This document shows, piece by piece, positions 47,888 through 59,310 of a stretch of 64,000 nucleotides of DNA. Positions within the stretch are counted from its first letter, which is position 1. Each line of letters starts with the position of its first letter. Location of the stretch: contig JBNJNM010000012.1 in NCBI GenBank assembly GCA_052426225.1, positions 1,240,001-1,304,000 of the forward strand, written 5' to 3'. This DNA comes from Zancudomyces culisetae HAW-14-8. Lineage: Eukaryota > Fungi > Kickxellomycota. Position numbers and translations under genes: made by a program. A model generated the notes under the pieces. The model saw nothing but the letters and a program-made list of their open reading frames with translations, was not told where the DNA came from and did not search any database.

Positions 47888-50340
47888 GTTATAAAATATT
47901 ATGAATTTTGTATATCAACGAAAGAGTAATATAACTTTTAATATGTTAGTTTACTTCATCTTTTAAAAAGGCAAGAATTGGATAAAATACAGCTATTAGT
48001 TGTAAATAGTGGTATTTTTTTCAGGGTATATATACAACAATCATGACAAAATAGTAATTAATTTTACCCTAAATTTTATCAAGCTAAATAGTCTCATTTT
48101 TTTCAATTATTTACTTTTTTAACCGAAATAATTAGCCAATGATTAAAAACTAGTTCAATTATTTCCACATTTTCTCTGATGTATTCGCATTTTTCCTAAT
48201 CTTTTTATAGTAGTTTTCTTTACACTATACATAATTCACTAAAATTAATTGTAACCTGAAGAGAGATAGGAATTAATAAACAATGATAATAAAAATATAG
48301 TATTAATTCTATTAATTCTAGATTTAAGACGGGTAGTTTAATTGGTGTTTTGACCACTTGAGAGTCATAGTTGCACAGTTCAATACATAAAGCATTAAAC
48401 ATTTATTTAATTAAAATATCTATATAATTTTAAACTGGTTTATTAAGTATTTAAGAATTACAGACATCAGAAAATTTCATCTAAAGTGTGCGTGTATATC
48501 TATATTTCATTGTAGAATAGAACTTTAAACACAATATATTTAAAAGATATCTAAATACAAAAGAGTGTGTAAATTAAAAAATACTAACAAATGCAATCCA
48601 ATCTGGCTAACTCGCGTTTTGTATAATTCTTTAGCATCTTTTTTCTAGAACTCAAAAAATATATTGAAATTAATTTTAATTTATTGTTAGAAGTATAAGT
48701 CACATCTCTCTCCGTAGTCTGGATATTTATACTTAGAAAATCTATATGAACAATCTCCTCGAAAAGATTGTTGGATCTATTGAAGTCTCGGGATGTGATA
48801 TCAATAGATTTCGCATCCGAATGTTCTCCATCCGAGTATATGAAATTCCTATATTTTTTGATAAAAATACCTATTTTATAACCACTAAAGGGTTAGGAAA
48901 ACACCTATCAGATTTTCTTAACAAAAATAAAAACTAAATGTGTTGCTTTAATTTGCTTTGTACGATTCGTTACATCTACTCGATTCTGTTTTTATAGATA
49001 GTATGAATATTTTTTGGTTATTTAACTACATATTCATAAATATAATTAGTATGATAATTTCTAATATTAAATATAGTAAATCAGTGTGTCCCACGTCGAA
49101 ATCTGGCTCTGTACTCGATAACACTAAGGTTTATACTTCGATTTACGTATAGGTTTTTTTACTTAATTTTATGCTCAAAATAATATCTGTCACTTCCTAA
49201 ATAATATGAATAATACTGTATCTTCATAAGAATGATTTTTTTTCTTTGTTTGCTATTGTGTTTTTCAGTTCTTTTTCTCGGCCTGTTGAAAACCAAGGGT
49301 AATATACCTCTTGTTAAAACTGAGAACCAGTTTCATATGAATTAATAACTTTAATCGACTCAATTCTGAAACGACCTGTGATAGATACCAAATTATACAT
49401 ATAAATAGGTATTAACAAAACTATCACACAGTTAGTCTTTAAAAAGTTTTAATAATTATAGAAATAAAATACACTTTTATAAAATAATAATTATACAACT
49501 TTTTCTCATTGTAAAGGAGATTGAAAAACTTAGCTGACTATGTAAGGGAAATGTATACTTTTATGTAAAATTAAGTTAAGTAAGGAAATCTAATAAACAC
49601 AGTAATTTTATGTAAACTACTATAATAATTAATTAATCTAAACCTAAATGTAACTATATATATGTTATACCGAATGTAAAACTATTGTGAACTCAATAAT
49701 CATTAATAGATAAATAATGATGTTTTAAAGTACCTAAACATCTCCAAATATTCAGATAAAATAATACATTTTTAATTTTGTAAAATATATTGTTTGAATA
49801 TACAATATTGTTATGAAACTAGTGTATTTATAACCACCAGACGCCCGTTTCACATCATATACAGTTTCAATATTTACTATAATTACAGATGGTGGTTTTT
49901 ATACAAATATACACTTAGTTCATTAGTAAGATTTATTAATAAATTTTTTGTAATGCTTTCAAATTAATCAATAATAGTTAAATATCTAATAATAAGTAAT
50001 TAACTGGTCTTGTTAGAACATTGTAATTTTTAGTTTTATAATAAAAAAAATTAAATTTGAACTTGATAAATTTAAAAAATTTTAATCTAAAAAACATTAA
50101 ATAAAAATGGGATGTGATATTTATTGAAGATCACTTTAAACAGTTTTCGAAAGGGGTTTGAATTTTACTTACAAGATTTCCACCAATTGATGTATTCTGT
50201 GTACTTTCGTACCTAATAAAACATCAAATAACTATTTGAAAATTGAAATTCATGTCAATAAAAAACATAATGAATAATTACTAGTACATGAGGGTTAAAA
50301 TATAATTAATTAAACATGTGTCCAATTTAACTCACATGAA

Positions 50341-51844
50341 CAGTGAGTTTCAAAATTCTCAATTTTTTCAAAGTATTTGCCTTATCTAAAAACTCTCTCA
50401 AACTTCTCCTAGATTTAAATATTATATTTTAATTGATCTCTGATATTCATTATTTTATTTATTTATGTTTAATTGTATTAAACTTTTGAATAACTATTAT
50501 TAAAAATAATAAAAAATGACAAATTTAAAATATTTCAAAAAATACTTTTTTATGCTTCTATTTCTGGACTTAAAAAAATATTTATTAATAATATTTTTAA
50601 TAATATTATTATTTAATAAAAAATATTATAATAAAAACGAAAACTGGATATAATAAATGTGCTACTTCTAGGCAAAAGTTATGTTCAGATTTCAAAAAAA
50701 TGTGAGTCAGCAAGTCAACAATTTCAAAAATAAAAGCTAATATGAAGATTAATATCACAGCTAACTCAGAGACTGTCCTACAAAGCTTTCACCCCAAAGC
50801 AAGCGAATATATATTATGATGATATTATCTGATAAGTATCGATCTGCTACTTCGGTACAAAAGAAGTTAGAAATGATTAATATTGTTAGTGCTAGTAAGT
50901 CTACAATATATAGGACTTTTAATGATCTAAAAGCCGTTGCAAAAAAGAAGGCATCCAAACCGAAACTGAGCCTTAAAAATATTGCAAAAAGGTTGAGATT
51001 CGCAAAATCTCATCGCCACTGGACTACTGATGATTGGAGACGAGTAATTTGGTCCGACGAAACTAAAATCAACCGATTTGGATCTGATGGAAATGAATGG
51101 ACTTGGGTTCGTGATGGTGTGAGTCTACAGCCGCACAATATTAACCAGACCGTAAAACACGCTGGAGGATTATTAATGATTTGGGGATGCATCACAGCAT
51201 TTGGAACTGGCTACATGTGCCGAATAGAAGGAATGTAAAACAAGGAAGATTATTTAAACATTTTAAAAGACGAGCTTAGCAATACAATAAAGTACTACAA
51301 GTTGGATCCCAAGTCAATAATATTTCAACATGACAATGATCCTATCATACCTCAAAGTTAGTTACATGCTGGCTTCAAAACCAGCACTATAATACATTGG
51401 ACTGGCCGCCACAATGTCCAGACTTAAACCCAATCGAAACTATATGAGCAATCATCAAAAGACGCCTAAATAGATACAGTAAACCTCCGTCCGGGATGAT
51501 CGAATTAAGGGAGCGCATAGAAACGGAATGGAATTTAATTTCAGTGGAAACAATACTTGGCCTCATAGATGGTATGCTCAAAAGAATTGAGGCATTTAAC
51601 CAGGCTAAATGCAGTGAGAATATATTTATGTTATATTTATTTTAAGTCCCAAAACTGTTACAATATATTTTTTTTACATAATTATTATATTAATTTTAAA
51701 CATTTAAAATATTACTATAAAAAATTAAATTATAACATTTGTGCATATATAATTTAAAAATATATAATTTCTGGATATTATTGAGCGAGATATTATACAT
51801 TGAAAATTATTATCAATATTTTGATACATTTTTGAAACTCACAG
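50341..51844 (+). mobile_element. Defective Tc1/mariner DNA transposon (DD34E) with TIRs
   Basis: TIRs CAGTGAGTTTCAAAA / TTTTGAAACTCACAG followed by TA on the right. Transposase fragments VIWSDETK, VKHAGG..MIWGC, FQHDNDP and WPPQCPDLNPIE are broken by stops (51236-38, ~51446) and a frameshift. Confidence 0.9.
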
Positions 51845-52454
51845 TATAAGAGTATTTTTGTATCTGAGCATTTATTAGCTAATAAAATATTAATATTTAC
51901 TACAATGATATTAATGTATAGATATGATTCAGTATATTTGTGATTCAGATTAACTTTAGATTATCTGACCTAAAACAATAAATTCAGGTTCATATATAAT
52001 CTTATGACTGTATGTGTAAAAATAATTTCTAGTTAGAATTAATTAATACATAATGTGTTAATCTGTTAGATTTTTAGATCAATATTTTATAAGTAAATTA
52101 GAGACAAATAATCATAGATTGGTTAAGATAATTTACAAAAATTTAATTAACAAGATTGGGTAAATGTTAAAATAAACTTATTGGTATATAGTAATATGAT
52201 GTCGTAAATTTAAATCACCGCATTTTACATAATATCAAAATTGAAGTAAATCGTAGATGGTAATGTTAAATTCACGTAGTACATCTGGAAATCTGCGACA
52301 GTTACCACTTAAAATCTATGAATGTTGCAGTAGTCATTCTGTGAATGTCACAAACACGTCATGAAAATAAAGATTCCCAGAATGTGACTAAGGCCAGATA
52401 CACGAGGGAACAATTTAGTCATTATATAGTTAATTATTAAGTTTATTATATTAG

Positions 52455-52846
52455 TGTCAGGACTTGACAATAAGTACTATTTGTATTAACTATGAGTATG
52501 ATTATTTAATAAAATACTATTAGATGAAAAGTATTTTATTGCTAAAGTTTCCTAAAGCAATAAAATCCTTGACCTTATATAGTTTTACAATATACAAAAT
52601 TAGTTGTAAACATTATAAAAACTATACTTAAACTATAACTTAAAACTAAATAATATTAACTGTTAACTCCACAGTTAACATTTAATAATATGGGGTAAAA
52701 CTAAATTATTAATAAATTTAATTCTTACGCCATAAATTATTGATTATTGAGTAAGTATTAAAGCGAAGTAAATGTTGTTAAAATTAACATTTGCTATTAT
52801 AATATGTTATTAAATATAGCAATAAAGTCATGAATAGATCATGACA
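52455..52846 (+). mobile_element. Solo LTR family K (copy K2)
   Basis: TGTCAGGA...TCATGACA IR; 5 bp TSD ATTAG (52450-54 / 52847-51); homologous to 43681. Confidence 0.8.
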
Positions 52847-53025
52847 ATTAGTTTTAGTTGAAGTAAAAGTTAAATTAAATATTTATATTATGTAGACAAA
52901 AAGTGTATAAAGAAACAAAAATTTAAATATAATATTTATCGAGTTCGACAAAAATAATTATTAGAAAATTTTATAAAAAATGATTAGATTAGGTTATAAC
53001 TAAAATTTACAATATAATGTCAAAA

Positions 53026-53107
53026 TGGTATCAGTGAGATTCGAACTCACGCCTCTTTCGAGACCGCAACTTGAGTGAGGCGCCTTAGACCGCTCGGCCA
53101 TGATACC
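53026..53107 (-). tRNA. tRNA-Leu(CAA), with one mismatch in the anticodon stem
   Basis: GGTATCATGGCCGAGCGGTCTAAGGCGCCTCACT-CAA-GTTGCGGTCTCGAAAGAGGCGTGAGTTCGAATCTCACTGATACCA; long variable arm; followed by TTTT. Confidence 0.92.
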
Positions 53108-53109
53108 AA

Positions 53110-53182
53110 TGGGAGCTCCGAGGATTGAACTCGGGACCGTACGATCTTCAGTCGCACGCTCTCCCAGCTGAGCTAAGCTCCC
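53110..53182 (-). tRNA. tRNA-Phe(GAA)
   Basis: GGGAGCTTAGCTCAGCTGGGAGAGCGTGCGACT-GAA-GATCGTACGGTCCCGAGTTCAATCCTCGGAGCTCCCA; canonical 73 nt cloverleaf. Confidence 0.97.
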
Positions 53183-53189
53183 ATTTTAG

Positions 53190-53584
53190 TGACGGAATTT
53201 AATTTTTCCTTGTCGGTTTTACCCGACTTTACCGCCTTAACAAGTATTTTGAAAGTTTATACTATAATCTAATAACTACCTGAAGACGGTAGGACCCAGA
53301 TTCAATGGCTTAATGTGTTTATTTTTGATTATAAACTAAAGAAAAAAGATACTGAATTCAGTAGGTCAGATACTTAGCCTTATATCTGATCTCTCATATT
53401 TTATAATAAACTAACTATATTATAACTATATAAGAAACATTGATAAAATTAATATAAAATTAATATAAAAATTAATAGAGATTTACACGGGAAAAACCTC
53501 ATAGGTGAAAAACACCGTGTAAGTCTTTGCACATCACACGAAAGCACCCGTGTGATGTACATCCTGTCGCTCATTGATGCGACA
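53190..53584. mobile_element. Solo LTR C (395 bp), 7 nt upstream of tRNA-Phe
   Basis: TGACG...CGACA; TSD TTAG (53186-89 / 53585-88); hairpin-rich. Confidence 0.8.
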
Positions 53585-53591
53585 TTAGTGT

Positions 53592-54436
53592 TGTCGTAAT
53601 AATCATAATTCGTGTAACCATGATTATTAAGTTCATCATGTGTCATACCAGTTCGGGTATGACCACTTGATGAAGATGCACCACTACCCCGTAGTGTGAT
53701 GTGCATAATAGGGTGCTCGGGTGAGCTGTTTCCCCTATACAATGTCGGTGAGATACTGCTCACGGACATTGGTTCTGGGCTCCTACGGATTTGGAGTTGA
53801 CGGACACTTTCTGTCAACTCCCCAAGAGTCCGAGGACTTAAAACCCCAGTCTCTTGGTCCATGCTACTAGCCGTGCTCAGGCTGGAGCTAGTTTCAGAAT
53901 CCCTCTTGGATTTACTCTTGGTATAAAAGAAATAGTTCATGATGTTTGGTTATTTATTATATGTATATACTTTTAAAGTTTGTTTTATTGAGTTTATTAA
54001 CTATACTATTTAATCCGTAAAGTAGGACATGGATAAAGTTACCGAATAGACTACTATATCAATTATATATATGATTAAAAACTTAAATGCTAACCTAGTT
54101 TTTCAATATAATAAATAACTATACACTATTATTATGCTGTTAAGTATACTAATAGTTTTGTTTCATAATTGCAGCATACGTGCAATTAAGATTATGTGTG
54201 GGAACACATAATCATTAAAATTATTTGATGTTCAGTATGAAAACATATTACGTACTAGAATCATCATTATTGAATGGACTCAGCATGTAGTATTTATTTC
54301 ATGCTGAGTCGAAATTAATTTGAACAAAAATTTAAACGACAATAAAAATTATAAAAATTGGCATTCCGCAATGAGTGTACAGCAAAATTTCTCGTACACT
54401 ATTCGAATTTGCATTACAATTCGGCTTATTGCGACA
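53592..54436 (-). mobile_element. Solo LTR family A (copy A3, 845 bp, contains ORF 53940->53592)
   Basis: Near-identical inverted copy of A2; TSD GTGT (53588-91 / 54437-40). Confidence 0.9.
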
Positions 54437-54842
54437 GTGTAAAATATTTTATTTATTATTTAAAATATTTTATACCCGTTATGGGTAATAAGTGTCTAAA
54501 CACCTTGCCATTTACTTTCAAGAGAGAGTTTAAACTATCTTGTTGCGTAACTAACAATTATGGAGGCGTAGACAGTCTTTTATTATATTATACTTTTTTT
54601 TTATTTCTCTTATATAATATATAAAATATATAAATATATTAACTTCTATCTAAAATTATCTCAATAAAAAACTGATAACAAAAGAACCTATTATCAGAGA
54701 AGTCAGATAAAACCCTCTTCGGGAGAAAAGTCCAATCTTCTCACAAGTAAATAATAACTAATAAATAATAAACGAGAAACTGGTATTATCTAATATTGTA
54801 GTCCAGGGGTAATCACGCCAATTTTATATGACAGATACCCCC

Positions 54843-57719
54843 CTACCAGATTGGACTTATCCCTGTTAGATTTTTAAACGGTCGTAACTTAGTTTTTAAT
54901 GGATTAGTTACGTCATGGATCATATTTCGACTGTACTGGAACCGTTTTAACATGTCTCCGTGAATTAACTCTCGATTTCCCTCATCATCAGTGATGATGT
55001 ATGTACCTTTGGATAAGACATTGTCGACTCTATATGGCCCTTCCCATATTTCCTCCAGCTTGCTTTGAAATTGTTCCGTTAGTTTCAGAACCAGGTCACC
55101 TTTTTGAAATGTCATTACTTTTACGTGACGGTTATATGTGGCCTTGTCCTTCGCTTTTGCAGCAGCATTATGTTCTACACTCTCATTCCGCATTTCCGGC
55201 AATTCAGATGTTATTGCTTGTATTCTTTCCCGTATGGCTAATTCCACATTATCTGCATCAGGCGGCGGTGTCCATACGCTGGGTGTAGTAATATGTACTC
55301 CATAGAGCAACTCTGCTGGACTGTATTTTGTAGATTTGTTCCTAAGTGTGCGTACGGCTAACAGTGATTTCCATAAGAACTTGTCCCAGTTCTTCTTGTC
55401 TTCTCGGCACTGCCTAACTAGTACATTTTTTAACGTTTGGTTTAAACGTTCCACCTGCCCATTGCTTTGTGGGCGGTATGGGGTGGTTGGTGTGTGACGA
55501 ATACCTAGGTGTTTGTAAAACTGTTCGGCGATGTCGCTGACGAATCCTGCTCCTCTATCCGTAATTATTTGACTTGGAACGCCATAGCTCTGGACTATAT
55601 GTGTTAAGATAAAACTGATTATTGTCTCTGTTTTAATGTTTCTTACCGCTGCGGCCACTGGCCACTTTGTGAAATAGTCTATTCCTGTGAGAATAAACCT
55701 ATTTCCAGTTTCGCTGATGGGGTTTATTGGACCGACTGCATCTAACCCAAATATGCTGAATGGTTTTGGGCTATAAATAGGATTCAGCAAGCTCTTTTTG
55801 GTCCTCCCTCCTTTGTATCGTTGACAAGTAAAGCACTCATTTACTACCTTCTTGACTACATCATAGAGTCCTTCGCCCGTATACTTTTCCTTTACTTTGA
55901 TCCACGTTTTTTCTATCCTCAAGTGGCTCTCTTCGTGTACCAACTTGATTGTTTCTTCAATATTTTTTTCGTGTAAAACCTCTTTGACTTGTCCTTTTAT
56001 AACTCGGCATAACTTATCCCCATGTAGAGTGTATTTCTTAGCTTTATTTCGTAATTTAGTTCGAAAACTCTCGTCTGCTCCTCTAGGATATTCGTAGGTC
56101 TGTAAATAATGAGTAATAGCGGTGAAATAGAGGAAGTCTAACGTAATGATATCGAGGGTTTCTTTCACGGGTGTAGTCGATTCGTCTGTCAGCCTTGATA
56201 GGGCGTCCGCCGGATTCCTCGTTCCCATGCAATGCTCTATTGTATAATCATAGTTTCTTAGGATCATCGCCCATCGGGCAACTCTCCCAGTAATATCCTT
56301 ACCATTGAATAACTGGATCAGTGACTTATGATCAGTCCTGATCGTGAAATGTTTGCCCCACAGATATTGCCTGAGTTTCTTCACCGACCATACAACAGCT
56401 AGCCCCTCCATGTGTGCTACGGAGTAATTCCTTTCATGAGGGTTCAGTATACGGCTTAAGTAACAAATCGGCTTCTCGCCATCCGGAAATTCCTGCGAGA
56501 GTATGGCACCAATTCCTACAATAGACGCATCGGTGGTCACAATGAATTCCCTTGACCAATCCGGGTGAGTCAAAACTGGTGCCTCGCACAACTTCCGCTT
56601 CAGCTCATCGACCACATTTTGATGTTTGGCGCCCCATTCCCACTTGGAGCTCTTCTTAAGTAGTTTAATCAGAGGTGATACAATCCTTGCATAGTTTTCC
56701 ACAAATTTCCTGTAGTATCCGGTAAGTCCCAGAAATGATTGGACCTCCTTGACACTACTTGGTGCAGTAGCCTGTTTGATAGCTAATATCTTGTCTCCAC
56801 TAGTCTCAATGCCTTTTTCTGAAATTGTATGACCTAAGTATGTTAGTCGCTTCATGCCCAGACGACATTTACCCTTATGTAGCTGTATCTGGTGACGTCT
56901 GAGAAGATCCAGTACCTGACGTACATCCTCCACGTGCTGTTCCACGGTCTTGGAATATACCACAATATCATCGATGAACACGACTGTTGTTTTCCACAGC
57001 ACAGATGCTAGTGCGTTCTCCATCATCCGCTGGAAAGAAGCTGGACTGTTGGTGAGCCCGAATGGCATCACGTTGTAACAGTACGTGCCACTTCCAGGGA
57101 TGGCAAATGCAGTTTTGTTCCGATCATCTGACGCCATGGGTATCTGCCAATACCCGCTCAGTGCGTCAAATGAACTGAACACAGTAGCGCCAGCCAGCGC
57201 CATGAAAATGTCATCAATGGTTGGAAGGGGGTACGAATCCTTCCGAGTAATCTGGTTAAGTTTGCGATAGTCGGCACAAATTCGCAGCCGACCATCCTTC
57301 TTCCACACTGCCACTACTGGGGAACACCACTCTGATACACAAGGTGATATTACCCCATTTCTCTCCATTGTTTCCAACTCAGCTCTTACCTTTTCATACA
57401 GATGATATGGAATTCGATACGGCCGTTGCTTGATTGGCCGATCGCAGGTAAGATCAATTCGATGGCTGGTGACGTCCGTTTGAGTGAGTTGCTCTACCCC
57501 TTCAATGAACAAATCTTTATTTTGTTCCACTAGCTCGGTTATTTCTGGTATTTCAATATGCTCGTTATCTGATAACCTTTCATTTGCATTATCGTCTTTT
57601 CCTAAGACTAGGTATACTTCTGATTCATCTACATCAACCTCTTCCGTCATTAGCCTCGTATATAATGGGGTAATCAGTATTCTCTGGCCAATAGGTAGAC
57701 TCAATTGCCCTTTCTGCAA
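54843..57719 (-). CDS. pol: gypsy-1 Pol: RT - RNase H - integrase (GPY/F motif, no chromodomain)
   Basis: RICADYRKLN, MPFGLTNSPASFQR, VFIDDIV, TTDAS, integrase HHCC and D,D35E (GLDAVG; TDRG; NGQVERLN), WEGPYRV. Confidence 0.93.
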   Translation of the reverse strand: MQKGQLSLPIGQRILITPLYTRLMTEEVDVDESEVYLVLGKDDNANERLSDNEHIEIPEITELVEQNKDLFIEGVEQLTQTDVTSHRIDLTCDRPIKQRPYRIPYHLYEKVRAELETMERNGVISPCVSEWCSPVVAVWKKDGRLRICADYRKLNQITRKDSYPLPTIDDIFMALAGATVFSSFDALSGYWQIPMASDDRNKTAFAIPGSGTYCYNVMPFGLTNSPASFQRMMENALASVLWKTTVVFIDDIVVYSKTVEQHVEDVRQVLDLLRRHQIQLHKGKCRLGMKRLTYLGHTISEKGIETSGDKILAIKQATAPSSVKEVQSFLGLTGYYRKFVENYARIVSPLIKLLKKSSKWEWGAKHQNVVDELKRKLCEAPVLTHPDWSREFIVTTDASIVGIGAILSQEFPDGEKPICYLSRILNPHERNYSVAHMEGLAVVWSVKKLRQYLWGKHFTIRTDHKSLIQLFNGKDITGRVARWAMILRNYDYTIEHCMGTRNPADALSRLTDESTTPVKETLDIITLDFLYFTAITHYLQTYEYPRGADESFRTKLRNKAKKYTLHGDKLCRVIKGQVKEVLHEKNIEETIKLVHEESHLRIEKTWIKVKEKYTGEGLYDVVKKVVNECFTCQRYKGGRTKKSLLNPIYSPKPFSIFGLDAVGPINPISETGNRFILTGIDYFTKWPVAAAVRNIKTETIISFILTHIVQSYGVPSQIITDRGAGFVSDIAEQFYKHLGIRHTPTTPYRPQSNGQVERLNQTLKNVLVRQCREDKKNWDKFLWKSLLAVRTLRNKSTKYSPAELLYGVHITTPSVWTPPPDADNVELAIRERIQAITSELPEMRNESVEHNAAAKAKDKATYNRHVKVMTFQKGDLVLKLTEQFQSKLEEIWEGPYRVDNVLSKGTYIITDDEGNRELIHGDMLKRFQYSRNMIHDVTNPLKTKLRPFKNLTGISPIW

Positions 57720-58485
57720 GTCGATTCTTGCTCTATGATTGCATTACCAATCGGTACCCAGGATGAGAATGTCATCGCCTCTGTTCATTATAGTGACATC
57801 CACTGCAAAGATATAGTTCCCTACTTGTATCGGCACCTCTCTCATAGTACCTAGCGGCGCATGTCTCTTTCCGTCCGCTGTTACAATTACTTGTCCAGCT
57901 GTATGTTCTGTGCGGAGTCCCCATTCGTTTACTAATTTCGGTGTAGCCACGGAACAGGCAGCTCCCGTGTCTATTATTGCCCACATCTTTATTCGAATAT
58001 CTGTACCTCCACTTTACAATTCGAGGTTTTTCCTGACTTTAGCTGTATCTCATTTATTTCTGTTTTTCTGACTTTTTTGGCCAACTGGTTTATATCAACT
58101 GAGAGTTGAGGTGCAGCTTGAATTAGTTGCGGTAGACTGATGTGCGGGTAATATGACTTTAGGTCATCGGCCAGATTGAACGGTGTAACCCCCTCTGCTA
58201 TTGCTGGTACTAATTTATTCCTCCGTGTAGCCACTTTTTCACTTCCCACTACCTCCTTGTTACTACTCTTAACCTTCTGATTAAGCTACGTAGTAAGTGG
58301 TACTTCCTGCATATCAGCGTGCTCGATGAGTTGTTCCATTGGCATAGCTTTCTCTCTTGGCTTTGGCGGCAGACGTCCAGTCCTAGTGTGTTTGTACGGC
58401 TTCTGTATCCCCTTTGGTCTAATTCCCCTTTGTACCGCAAATATTTCTGCATTTTCTTCTTCTTCAGGTGCCAACTCTATGCAAT

Positions 58486-59310
58486 TCACACTCTTATCCT
58501 TATCTGGTTGTATGCTCTCCCCGGTTGTACTCTGACTCTTCTTGGACAATCTGGAGCCTTGTGCCCTACTTCTGAACAATGGTAACATTGAATTGGTCGC
58601 CTAGTAAATGTCGGTTGTCTTGACCTACGATCCTCCTTGAGCCGCTTCTCTATTACCTCGTCCACTTTAGTTAGGAGGTGTACACTCCATTCCTCCATTT
58701 TCCTTACCATCTCATTATAGCCTAATCGCTCCTCAGCCATCTCACGTATAGGCTTTCCCATGTGTGGTAGCTGTAGCTTCTTCTCAACTGTTTTTACCAA
58801 GCCTTCTTTTGCCATACTTTCGGCTGCTCCTGGTTGTATCCCCTGTTGTTCTGCGTTACTAACCGTTTCAATGGTACCTTTCCAGTCACTGCATCCTGCA
58901 CTCCTGACCATTGCTCTGTAGTTTCCAGCTAACGTACTTTGTAGCCAATTCAGTTTCTGCTCATCATCTGTTATTTTGGCTTTAACTAGTATGTCCTCCA
59001 GCACATACTCCATTTCTTCAATACTCTCAAAGTCTTCCTGCTTTATAGTTTTAAGCTTCTCAAAATATACTATCCCTTGATCCTTAGGTCCAAACTTCTC
59101 GATAAACTTTGTCTTGAACGCATCCCACGTGGTGAATCCACTCTTGTTCCTTTTATACCATATCAATTCCCTTTTGCCCAAATACAATTGAACAAAGTCA
59201 ACCCAATCGTCGGTATCCCACTTGTTCAACTTTGCAATAATGCGGTACCTATCTACCCATTCCTTGGGATTTGTTTGGCTGGAACTCTCAAATACCTCTG
59301 GTTTGTTCAT
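58486..59310 (-). CDS. gag: gypsy-1 Gag (frameshifted after the zinc knuckle)
   Basis: PEVF..NPKEWVDRY...W..FK.KFIEKF retrotransposon gag motif and CYHCSEVGHKAPDC. Confidence 0.85.
   Translation of the reverse strand: MNKPEVFESSSQTNPKEWVDRYRIIAKLNKWDTDDWVDFVQLYLGKRELIWYKRNKSGFTTWDAFKTKFIEKFGPKDQGIVYFEKLKTIKQEDFESIEEMEYVLEDILVKAKITDDEQKLNWLQSTLAGNYRAMVRSAGCSDWKGTIETVSNAEQQGIQPGAAESMAKEGLVKTVEKKLQLPHMGKPIREMAEERLGYNEMVRKMEEWSVHLLTKVDEVIEKRLKEDRRSRQPTFTRRPIQCYHCSEVGHKAPDCPRRVRVQPGRAYNQIRIRV

Noticed and set aside
52200-52950. Possible further LTR (TGTCG...TCGACA) enclosing K2
   Set aside because: The flanks do not form a TSD and there is no second copy in the window.
57744-58288. Stop-codon readthrough or alternative genetic code suggested by in-frame TAA/TAG in gypsy-1
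   Set aside because: Two of the stops align to different sense codons (Gln, Leu) in gypsy-2, a frameshift is also present, and host genes end normally in TAA/TAG; ordinary decay explains it.
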